Below, piece after piece: positions 12,101-21,345 of a DNA stretch of 64,000 bases; within the stretch, counting starts at the first letter, position 1; every line of letters begins with the position of its first letter. The stretch is from Monocercomonoides exilis PA203. Lineage: Eukaryota > Protista > Preaxostyla. The stretch lies in contig LSRY02000001.1 of assembly GCA_001643675.2 (NCBI GenBank), forward strand, positions 434,001-498,000, given 5' to 3'. A program made the translations under genes and the position numbers. The notes under the pieces are model-generated. The model was not told the DNA's origin. It did no database searches and saw only the letters and a program-made list of their open reading frames with translations.

Positions 12101-15100
12101 GCTGCACTCACACTCGACCACTGCTGCATAGACTTTCACAGTGCTCCATCCCTCCCAGTCACCTTCTACATCATGCACCTTGCATCGGGAAGCGCAACCA
12201 TCACCAACACACAAATCAGCACACACGCCGAGTTCAGCACCTTCACCCCGATCCTGATATCGGGCGCACACAGCATCACCATCAACAGCACCACAATTGC
12301 ACGGCCGAGACGGGCAAATGGAGACGGCGGGTGCCTGATCGCGGAAAAGCACACCCAGCAAGGCACCACAATGCACCTATCCAACTGCACCATATCATCC
12401 TGCTGCATCCGCGCACACACCCTCAAAGGCGGCAGCCTGTATGCATCTGTGGAGAACGGCAGGAAGCTCACCATGACTGGCGTCACATTCACACAGTGTT
12501 CAGCATCGAGCTCCGCACCCGAGGCAGATACCGATTCCGATGATGAGACTGAGGCCGAGTCTGAGGAAGAAGTCGATGAAGAAAACGAGGACACAGAAGA
12601 AAGAGGGCTTGGGGGTGGAATGTTCATCGAGGGAGGCGAAGGCTCGATGGACTTTGTGCTCCAAAACATGACATTCGACAAGTGCCACGCCTGGAGAGGG
12701 AAAAGCCTGTTTGTTGCCGGACAGATGCTGGACAGCGTGGCCGACACGCTCCACCTGAAATGGGACATGGACGGGCCAGCCTTCCAGTCGCTGCACCAGC
12801 TCAACGGCTGGGAAAGAGCAACATGCAGCGAGCACTATGCTGTGCCGCTCGTTGTGTATCTCTGGACCAACTTCTCTGCCCATGCCTATGTCGACGGTGC
12901 AGATGGATGGGACTTCAGCGCTTGCGGCTTTGACGTCGCACCTTGCAGATCCATCGACAAGGCTCTCCAGCTCCGGTTTGCCCCCGACCTTCCATCCTCT
13001 GCCTCCACAATCACAGTCACGCACAGCACCACCTTCTCCTCCCTCCTCCACCTCCAGCCTTCTGCCACACACCGCAATCCACAACTCCTAATAAATGGCA
13101 ACATACACGGCACACCAGTCGCAGTCCACGAGCCAGCCCTTCAAGGCAGCAACAAAGCCTTCCTCGCCTCCTCCATTCTCCTCCGTCTCGCCAATCTCTC
13201 CTTCTCTCTTCCACCCTCCCTTCACAGCATCCTCTCTTTTCTCCAATCCGCCACATCATCTGCCCGCCTCTCCCTCTCTGCCTGCTCCTTTGCATCCACA
13301 GCCCCTTCCTCTCCAACCAGCTATGCTGTTGCGTCTGTGCTTGCCGGATCAGTCGAAATCGCCAACTGCTGCGTCTCTGCAATCACCCTCACCCATCCCT
13401 TTTTCCTTGTCGCTGCAACCGCATCCCAAGCAGCTGTGCAGAACTTGTCCGCCTGCATGGTGGATGCCTCGCCAGCAGGGATAATCGAGGTCGCTGCACC
13501 CGCTGAAGACACATCCAAGCAGACAATCAGCCCCACAAACAGCCAGTTGACCTTCACAATCGCAGACTCCAACTTCACAAACATCACTGCCCACGCCAAT
13601 CACTCAACTGTCTTTGCCCTCCCTTCGTACCAGAGCATCGACTGTGTGCTCGACTCCTGCTTCTGCACAAACTGCGTGGGAGAGACCATCGACGAAGGAG
13701 GCGCGGTGCGTGTGCGCCTCAGCTCCACCGAATCCTCTCTGAAAGTGGCTTCGTGTGTGCTCACTCAGTGCGTGTGCTCGCGCACGAAGGGCAAAGGCGG
13801 TGCTCTCATGATCGACTGCACCCAGCCCCAATCCCATTCTCAATCTTATTCTCAATCTTATTCTCAATCTTCACCCCCAGCTCCTGATGACCTCCTCCAC
13901 CCCATCCCGCTCCGCATCCTCAACGACCGCTTCATCTTGAACGACGCCTTTTCCGGCAAAGACATCTTCATCCGGTCCGACCACGTCGCCACACAGATCA
14001 ACGAAACCCAATTCACACTCGACTTCACCCAGCCCTCTCTCCAGACAAACAACTCCATCTGCGGCTCCACATTCGCCGACAGCACCCTTCTCGATCTCAT
14101 CCCGCTCATCACCTTCTTCAAGGCCGGCCAGATCCACGCCTGCCTCCTCGGAACTGACTCGCGCCAGTGCGGCTCCACCTCAAACATGTGCAGAACCATC
14201 GACAACAGCATCCGCCACATCGGCAGCGGCACTTGGAACATGGTCGTTGTCCACACCGATTCCGCCTTCGCCCGCCAGACAACACTCGCCGACCTCACCC
14301 TCCGCTCAGCAACAAAGCTGATCTGCCTGATCCATCTCCAGACTCCAATCGCAATCGAGCAAACCCACCACGCTGTCGTCGCTTTTGCAAACGATTGCTC
14401 GCTCGACAGCTGCCACTTCTCCATCGGCTCCGGCTTCTCATCCGAGCTCCACTCTGTCTTTTGCCAGCTCAATGGCAGCTTGCTCGTCGTTTCATGCACA
14501 TTCACATCTGCCGGAACTGAAACTCTCCTCAACTCCACACTCGTCTCTGTGGCAAGCGGGGTGTTCGAGATGAGGAAAGCCGCCCTCCATTCAATCGCCA
14601 CAACTCGCAATCTCCTCCTCTTCTGCAGCTCATCTGTTGCAGTGTGCACAGAAACAAACATCAGCAGCACTGCCACCAGCAACGCTGCGCTTGCCATCGA
14701 GCCAAGCACCACCATCGAAATCAGAGATCTCGCCATACGCAACTCCACAGCAGATAATGCATTCATCACGTGCGGCTGCCCCCAAACCCCAGACACCGAG
14801 CCTTCTCCAGACGAACCTGCCTCTCTGCTGAAGCTGGTCGGGGTGGCTGTTGCCCATGCAACAACCAAGAGATGCGGCTTTGACTGCACCTCGTGCACAG
14901 GAACCATCCTCCAGCACAACTGCTCTTTCACCAACTTCACTTCCACTTCCACTTCCACTTCCACACCCACATTCGCATCTGAATCTGCATCTGCATCTGC
15001 ATCTGCATCTGCAACAGGAACGATGGAGCACTTTGCTAATTGTGAAAACATCCAGATCGAAGCATGCATCTTCCAAGGCACAGGAACCGCTGCCTCATGC

Positions 15101-17206
15101 ACATCCAGCACATCCAACACATCCAGCACAGCCAGAGAAGTTGCAGACAACGTGTGCACATGGAACGGGTCTCTTGTCCATTTCGCCGACTCATCAGTCG
15201 CAATCACAGATGCTGCATTCACCGCTGCGCCTCAGGGCGCCCTCTCTCTTTCTGCCGCGTCTGCACACATGCACAAGATCCTCTTCGCAAACAACACCCC
15301 ATCCATCCCCAACTACCAGTCTGCCCGCCGCAACATCATCTGCTCAAATGCCTCCACCCTCCATCTCACAAGCATCGCCGGCGGAGACGGCCTCCTCCCA
15401 AACACTTCCCTCTGGATCCACACAACCGCATGCTCGCTCCACGGCATCCCTGCTCAAAGAGCATCCTCGTTCTTCATCCCCACACTCACCAGCGCTGCCA
15501 TCACCCATCACAACAACACCCACATCCAGATCCGCTGCAACGGCTCCCTCCTTCTCCCTTGCAACCTCTCATACGCCCTCTTCTTCCTCCTCGGCGATCA
15601 ACACGCTGTGGAGAAAGGTACATTCTCTCATGACGATTATGTGAGCGAGAACGAGATCGCTAGCACCATCCCAGCAAATGCAATTGCTGATGCATCTGAC
15701 AAGGCAGATGTGTTGGTTGCGCTGCAGTTCGGCAACCCCTCCAGTCCGTCTTTCACCGATGCCATTGTTGTGAAGAACAAAAGTGAAAGTCAGGCAAATG
15801 GAAACGAAAAACTTGTTGAAGGAGGAAAAGAAGGAAAATCTTATTGGTTGTTGATTGTGATTGTACTTGTTGCGATATTATTGATCGTGTTAATTTGCTT
15901 TATTATTTTTGTAATTCGATGGAGAAAGCAAAAGAGAAGAACTGAAGAACTGGAAGAGATTGTGAATGACAACATCAAAAAGGATCCGAAGGCATTCGAG
16001 ATGGTGACGATGGAGATGTCGCCTGAGGAGCAGTGGAGGAGGGCAGAGAGGGAGGCTGAGAAGAAGAATGAAGAGAGAATAAAGAAGAGGGTGTATGAGA
16101 AAAGCTTGGGTCATTCAGAGTCATCAGAACATCTTCTATCTGATAGTGGTTCAACTGAGTACATCCTGGGAAAGGACTCAGATAAGATTCCAGAATGGAT
16201 GTTGGAGAAGGTTGATGAGAAAGAAGAAGAAGAGATAAGAAAGCGAACATTATCACCTTCCATTTCATCCACTTCAACAACAGACTCAGATTCAACATTT
16301 GTTCGATCGGAGAGTCTGTGCCCAACCACCTCATCGATGTCGAATCTGGTGGATGCAATGGCATGCTCGTCTCCTCATGAGAAGCTGATTGTGGATCTGA
16401 GGGATTCTCTGTTCATGCTGCTGCACGGAAAGAATGAGAAGAAAGAGATGGCAATTGGCACTCTGCGGGAGAGAGAACAAACAGCTGCCCAAATCCTGTT
16501 CTGGGTGGCTGGTGGTGCGCTCTTCTCCTTCGAAGACGGGGAGGACGATCTTCCCTCTCTGCCAAACCTCAGCCCACACATCGTGCTGTTCTCTGAGCAC
16601 ATGGTCATCTGCATCGCCCTCCATTCTGATTGCTCCTCTGAAGACTCCGACACTTCCTCCATCTCTTCTTCAACCGTTGTCACGTCTGCAAGCGATGATG
16701 ATGATGATGATGATGGCAGAAACGATAGAGACTCTCTGCCCTCATCTGCCTTTGAGGAAGAAGATAGCTTCAAAAAAGAGTGTTTGAGGTGGAAGGCGCC
16801 TGAGCTCCTGATCAACAAGAACATGGGGGCAACACAGAAGTCTGTGGCATTCTCCATCGGGATGATGCTGTGGGAGTGTGTGACGCTCCAGATCCCGTTT
16901 GGCAAGTACGAGGCCGAGACTGCCGGCCAGAAGATAGCAAATGGCGAAAAGCCAGATCTGGGCGCGGCAGGCTGCTCCGCCTTCGCCCAAACCATCAACG
17001 CCTGCCTATCCCAAAATCCAGACGCACGCCCCAGCCCTGCCCAGCTCCAGCGCCAGTTCATCCAGCACTTTCCCGGTGGCGCTCCCAGCCTCACAGCTTC
17101 CGACGCCCTCTATTGTTACCACCCCTTGCACCTCAACTACTCCTCCCATCAATCTGCCTCCTATTCCGCAACAACCTTCACCAAAGATCCCGCTGCCCCC
17201 TCCTGA
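9116..17206 (+). CDS. Large Cys-rich beta-helix (Pmp-like GGAI/FxxN) type-I membrane protein with a C-terminal pseudokinase C-lobe
   Basis: Single intronless ORF. ATG 9116 gives a signal-like N-terminus (MKCHLTFLFLCFIACES). Four G-x-D-x3-CG...C-x-[ST] modules, GGAI repeats, TM segment YWLLIVIVLVAILLIVLICFIIFVI followed by RWRKQKRR, and kinase-like LRWKAPE, SIGMMLWE and CLSQNPDARPS. Confidence 0.9.
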   Translation: MKCHLTFLFLCFIACESNGVANCLEHSPCKAHLPFNYESIGTSNNKQQCLFKGLLSAPKQTQLLSRRCATMVNTSFLLSDASLACCAPHACLAIISSSDATFKSCTLTYTSKSTHHVAQLQSASLWLFNISLAVSNPAAPVSSIASSADHPASSANCRVSISSSLFDSCCVCAGSPFAATSGISDVELLHSSFTNITRTTNMNEPLNIPTREIRTVMSGCTVKCVESPYNGGLFHALNSKSFAHSSANTSFENCHRRHNAIPMVGDHSMIRQNISAGDATFVDCEFNSLESDYGGAIRFTSTGLLNISACLFNNCNSSIRGGAISFLSGGKNLISTHTFFNSCNAIHSGGAIDMCTPNSFLIRNTITTNCTTGHVGSGMITYDCEDTGLIDSCVFEGCKKKTQDYQGGCFGLYAKGRVNMTDCCFRNCSSEKHGGGICWDNSSNAYVSKVSFCFFENNSAAKMGHDVYIDSGWTNINEECFVLCRSATASSANRVMKGIQECSSWIPNTFFDPILVNSASGIDHQACGSADVGDIQGRRCRTVGYAVGVANPLLQTKAIAVEECVCHETRIDVCTLTISFSGAGADKTVLSADATGSTALVQITTGSATFSSLAFRRNASASLHSHLFHLTDMQGCLEVAHCTITATETLPDAPFAASVITVAAGHVLFDSVEIGPMCFSSVAALAVNAEAALSVTLTSTNLTAITRQSGSGSGLDCSLIAGSQVCITGGSFSSCTACQDGSCGGGVCAHLTDEDAEMVVNGSAAFADCCVPDTEGTGGTGGTGGKGGGMMVHIDNAQALFQISSGVCFSDSTPNRAAVGRDLFLRCAGRVMLSEIVNTTTLQFVDHTQCFADPSRLSGSEDGADHPVIPLEVYLCHRDNNIYVDGLAGTDHLHCGPSVFACETIHFAASNRITSASTTILLAANSTLASEITIETLPFLLSSATAHLQAVRVHDAGQCSNKAIVTASAEMSASSICFLLPTAMSTGRHGFIHSLAALTLDHCCIDFHSAPSLPVTFYIMHLASGSATITNTQISTHAEFSTFTPILISGAHSITINSTTIARPRRANGDGGCLIAEKHTQQGTTMHLSNCTISSCCIRAHTLKGGSLYASVENGRKLTMTGVTFTQCSASSSAPEADTDSDDETEAESEEEVDEENEDTEERGLGGGMFIEGGEGSMDFVLQNMTFDKCHAWRGKSLFVAGQMLDSVADTLHLKWDMDGPAFQSLHQLNGWERATCSEHYAVPLVVYLWTNFSAHAYVDGADGWDFSACGFDVAPCRSIDKALQLRFAPDLPSSASTITVTHSTTFSSLLHLQPSATHRNPQLLINGNIHGTPVAVHEPALQGSNKAFLASSILLRLANLSFSLPPSLHSILSFLQSATSSARLSLSACSFASTAPSSPTSYAVASVLAGSVEIANCCVSAITLTHPFFLVAATASQAAVQNLSACMVDASPAGIIEVAAPAEDTSKQTISPTNSQLTFTIADSNFTNITAHANHSTVFALPSYQSIDCVLDSCFCTNCVGETIDEGGAVRVRLSSTESSLKVASCVLTQCVCSRTKGKGGALMIDCTQPQSHSQSYSQSYSQSSPPAPDDLLHPIPLRILNDRFILNDAFSGKDIFIRSDHVATQINETQFTLDFTQPSLQTNNSICGSTFADSTLLDLIPLITFFKAGQIHACLLGTDSRQCGSTSNMCRTIDNSIRHIGSGTWNMVVVHTDSAFARQTTLADLTLRSATKLICLIHLQTPIAIEQTHHAVVAFANDCSLDSCHFSIGSGFSSELHSVFCQLNGSLLVVSCTFTSAGTETLLNSTLVSVASGVFEMRKAALHSIATTRNLLLFCSSSVAVCTETNISSTATSNAALAIEPSTTIEIRDLAIRNSTADNAFITCGCPQTPDTEPSPDEPASLLKLVGVAVAHATTKRCGFDCTSCTGTILQHNCSFTNFTSTSTSTSTPTFASESASASASASATGTMEHFANCENIQIEACIFQGTGTAASCTSSTSNTSSTAREVADNVCTWNGSLVHFADSSVAITDAAFTAAPQGALSLSAASAHMHKILFANNTPSIPNYQSARRNIICSNASTLHLTSIAGGDGLLPNTSLWIHTTACSLHGIPAQRASSFFIPTLTSAAITHHNNTHIQIRCNGSLLLPCNLSYALFFLLGDQHAVEKGTFSHDDYVSENEIASTIPANAIADASDKADVLVALQFGNPSSPSFTDAIVVKNKSESQANGNEKLVEGGKEGKSYWLLIVIVLVAILLIVLICFIIFVIRWRKQKRRTEELEEIVNDNIKKDPKAFEMVTMEMSPEEQWRRAEREAEKKNEERIKKRVYEKSLGHSESSEHLLSDSGSTEYILGKDSDKIPEWMLEKVDEKEEEEIRKRTLSPSISSTSTTDSDSTFVRSESLCPTTSSMSNLVDAMACSSPHEKLIVDLRDSLFMLLHGKNEKKEMAIGTLREREQTAAQILFWVAGGALFSFEDGEDDLPSLPNLSPHIVLFSEHMVICIALHSDCSSEDSDTSSISSSTVVTSASDDDDDDDGRNDRDSLPSSAFEEEDSFKKECLRWKAPELLINKNMGATQKSVAFSIGMMLWECVTLQIPFGKYEAETAGQKIANGEKPDLGAAGCSAFAQTINACLSQNPDARPSPAQLQRQFIQHFPGGAPSLTASDALYCYHPLHLNYSSHQSASYSATTFTKDPAAPS

Positions 17207-18109
17207 TCCTTCTCCGAGCAGCTGAGCGCTCCCTGTCTTTTTCCATCCACCTTTCCCCCAGCCCTTCCACATCCCAATGACTGGCTTGGAAGCTGGCAAG
17301 CGAAAAAGTCACATCTGCAGTTCAAATAAAGCGGAAATGACGCAGACAAGATAGATGCTCACAAATGACGATAGCGCAGACTGCATCTCATTCTGTGCCT
17401 CTTGTCAAACGTAACAGTTGTTTTATTTATTTATTAATTGTTTGCCTTTTTTTTTGGGAATACTTCCATGTGTTTTCTGTTATCTGTTTTCCGTTTTCCT
17501 TTTGCCAACGCCTATTTTGTTGTTATAATGAGGTCGGACTCGCAAAGCTGCAGCCGTGTAGCCTTTTGCATCCTTCCGTTTTGCGTTTGTTTGTTTGTTT
17601 GTTTTGTACTCGCTTTGTATTCAGCGTTTTTCTTCATTCACAGATGTTGTGGTTTTCAAGCCATTTTCATCCCCATTTCATTGTTCTGCTCCCATCCATG
17701 TGCGCTCTTCACATCACTTCCGTTGTCGCGCGCGCTCTCTCTCTAAAATAAACAAATCAGGGCATTTGCACTTCTAGATGGGAAAAACTCACAAACAGAT
17801 GCCGTGAAAAAAAAAAAAGCAAAAATTGTGTTTCTGTCACAATTCTCTGACTTTCTGAGAAAAAGAAAAGCGAATGAATAAAATGCGAATTTTTCTATCA
17901 ATAAAAAAGATTGAGTGCACACCATTCTCTTTGGCAAAGAAAATGTCAAAGCGCTCGCTCAGCAAGAACATTCACTTTGTGTGCTTGTTCAGGAAGCAAC
18001 ACGAAAACGGAAACAGCACCAAACTCAATTAAGAAAGAGTCGTGATAGCCTTGCAAAATAAAGAATAACAATATCACAAACAGGTGCATCGGATGATTCA
18101 CAAACGAAA

Positions 18110-18178
18110 CGAAAAGAAAAGAAAAGAAAAGAAAAGAAAAGAAAAAGTTTAAAAAAAAAATGAATGAATGAATGAATG
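18110..18178 (+). repeat. (GAAAA)n and (ATGA)n microsatellites
   Basis: Tandem GAAAA pentamers followed by ATGA tetramers. Confidence 0.85.
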
Positions 18179-18889
18179 TGGAGAGCAAAATCCAAATCAC
18201 ATGTCTGACCAACACTCTAAAAGCACAGATACTCCCACACACATTTCAAAAACAAACCAATCAACCAATCATCAAAAATATAAGATGTTGTAATGTTTGT
18301 TGACTCTTTATCTTTTGGACTTGTTGCAATTTTCCATTGCTGTAGAATCTTGTATTAATTCATCAATTGTGAGTTTCTTTTCTCATCTGTCCATTGCAGA
18401 AGAAAAATTCAAAGATTATCAAATTGTTAATCCTTCCAGATTCATATATGCAAATACTTCATATCTCCTATTGTTCTTCTTCTTCATATTTTGTTTTGGA
18501 TGTAAAAAGAATATTATTTCGATCCATGCAGAATATGCGCGCATTTGAGATAAAATAGCCGAAATGACATAGATGGATAATAAATGCAAAAGCAGTTTTT
18601 CAAGCAGTTGGATTTTTTTTCTAAAATAGTTGTTTCGATTACATCAATCTGATTTGTTGTTGGTTCGATCAGCAGGAACAAAAGAATTTTAATTCTGACC
18701 CATTCACCAGAATTCTGCTGGTTCATTGAACTTTTTATCAAAATCTGTTTTTTATTGAGTAGAAACAACTGGATTATACAATGAATATCTTGGATTTTGA
18801 ACAAATTATTTATAGAATGAACATTGTTGATAAGTTTTGGGGTCTTTTCATTTTCTGTTATTTGAAAGCATAATTCCTTTTTATTACAA

Positions 18890-20227
18890 TTATTTTCGAA
18901 GAATTGCTCGACGTGCTTGGATGTTGCAGCGAGGATGAGCAAAAGCAGAAAATCGTTGAAATGAATGAAAATATTGATGAAATGAATCGTGGTGAGTTAA
19001 AAACTGTCATTTCGATAGAGCTATTCAACAAAATTGACAAAATGCTCAAAGAAAGGAAAATGAATTTGGAAAATGCGATTTTGTTGTTGAAGCATATTGG
19101 TTATTGCAGTGTACTGAAAAGAACTTATGAATGCATCTTTGACGAATCTTTATTGTACAAAAGATTGAGGAGATGATTGAAGAAGAAAAGAAAAAGGAAG
19201 AAAAGAATGAAAAACTACTTGTTGACCTTTGTGAATGCAATCTGGCGCACAGTATCCTTCCTTCATCGAAATTTCATTCAATTTGTGTGCCTTGCCTTCT
19301 GAAAGTTTCTTTGAACAAAGAGGAAAACAAAGACATTCAAAAAGATGTGGAAATGGCTTTAATGGATTTGAGCGATATTGGAACTCAAGTTTGAGAGTTT
19401 CTATTTTGTTTTTGACGTTTTTGAATTTCTTTCTTTTTTTTTTTTCTGATTAGGAAATTGAACAAAAACAGTATTTGAATGAAATCAAAGAAATAATCCA
19501 GTATCATCAGGTGCAACACAATCTGACACACCTTGCGTATCAATCTGCTTGTGAATTTTTATTAAAGATGTTATTCAAAGATAATAGTTTGCAAGACACT
19601 ATTTTGAATGAGCTGCATATGGTGAAAGAAGCAACAAGAGAACTAAAAGAGCTTTCAAGATTCGCAGATCGGAGGAGAAAGAAAGAGTCAAAAGGAGAAA
19701 AAGGAGAAAAAGGAGAAAAAAGAGAGCTTGTTTTAATAAGATGGCTGCAAGCATTGAGGCATATCTTTTAATCATGCCAACTGTGGGATAAAGAATACTG
19801 TACGCTAATTAGCAGAGTTGTTCAGATGTTCAGAATAGCAAAGGATCATAACCCAGACATACTCGATGAATGCATTTATTTATTGAGAACTGCAGCAAAA
19901 TTCAGAGCTGTGAGGGTTGAAGACTTGCTGAAAGGCGGAGCGGTTGATCTCTTTTTGGAGAGGATCCTGCGATCAGCGATGGAATATGGGATGGTAAATG
20001 AAAGTTTCCAATTCTTTATTGACATTTTATATCGATTGATAATGCAAGAGGATGATGAAATGGAAGAAGAGAATAAAAAGGCAGCCAAAATGGAGCTATT
20101 TGAAAAATTCGAAGAAGAAGGATACGAAGATTTCATCATCAGCTTTCATGAAATATTTTCTTTTCTATTCAAAAAATGTTACGATGAAATGTTAAAAAAT
20201 ATTTCTGATTGTTTTGTGCATATTTGA
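18890..20227 (+). pseudogene. Helical/ARM-like family copy 2; frameshift ~19165-19175 and in-frame TAA at 19769-19771
   Basis: Four ORF pieces colinear with copy 1. Intron 19389-19453 (GTTTGA...ATTAG) sits at the same position as in the other copies. Start is approximate. Confidence 0.8.
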
Positions 20228-21252
20228 AGAGATGAGATTCATTTCATTTTGTGTGTCGTATTTATAAATATTCTTTTTGTATCTTTTCTCAAATTCGAAA
20301 ACGAACAGTCATTTGAAGACTTTAAAATAGACTTTTTTCGTGACTTCGAAATATAATAAAAACAATGAAAAAGAAAAGGAAAGAAAAAGAAAGTGAAGAA
20401 TATTGAATCGTTCTGAAAGAGAAACAAATTTGGTACAAAGTTCAGCAGGCTATGTGAGACAGATTTTTCAAGCGTTTGTGTGTGTGAAGAAATTTTCTGT
20501 TTTGAAAACTCTCTTTCTCTTCTTCTTTATTTATCTTTTCTTCTTTTTCTTCTGGTGTTTCGCCTTTTTCATTTTCTTCATCTTTTCATCTTTGGCGTGA
20601 AGCAATAGTTAAAACAAGATGATCCTAAAAATATATCAATTTAACAGATTTTCATACAATCAAAATAAAATTAGCAATTTTGGTTGAATTCACGATTTGT
20701 GTTTAAAAAAATGTTTTCGCTCTCATTTTTGAAATTGGAATTAAAGAAAAAAAATGTTTTTATTAAAAAACGTATTCACAATAAATAAATTTACAGATAG
20801 CATACATAACCCCATTATGCAAAAAATAACTTGACAAAATATTGATCATCTCACATAAAAATAGAATTAAATCTTGAACAAAAAAAAAATTGAACACTAA
20901 ATATCCTTGTAAAACAAACAGATAGCAAATGGCAAACATAAAGCTATGAAAGCATTATTGTAAAAAGGTTGAAAAACGATACGAAAAAACATAACAAAAA
21001 TTTGTATTTGAACAAGAACAAAACCAAATAATTTAATAAATAACTTTAAATAAATTTTAAAAATATGAATGAAAAGAAACGAAAGGAAACAATCTGAATA
21101 TATTCTATAAAAATCATTGACATCCATTTACACAGTTTATACACAGAAAAAAATATGTTCAAACAAACTTAAAAAAAATAATAAAATAAAAAATATTTTT
21201 TAATGTCAAATATAACAAAGTTCTACTAAACAAGATAAACTTACTATTTTCA

Positions 21253-21325
21253 GCAATTATTAATATTAATAATATTATGATAATTATTATAATGATAATC
21301 ATTATAATTATAACAATTATCAACA
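21253..21325. repeat. (ATA/ATT)n AT-rich microsatellite in the ATG5 3' region
   Basis: Degenerate aat/tat trinucleotide run. Confidence 0.7.
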
Positions 21326-21345
21326 TTTATTTATTCCCCTCTCAT

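Noticed and set aside
18290-18830. Possible minus-strand gene relic
   Set aside because: No consistent frame or identifiable family motif.
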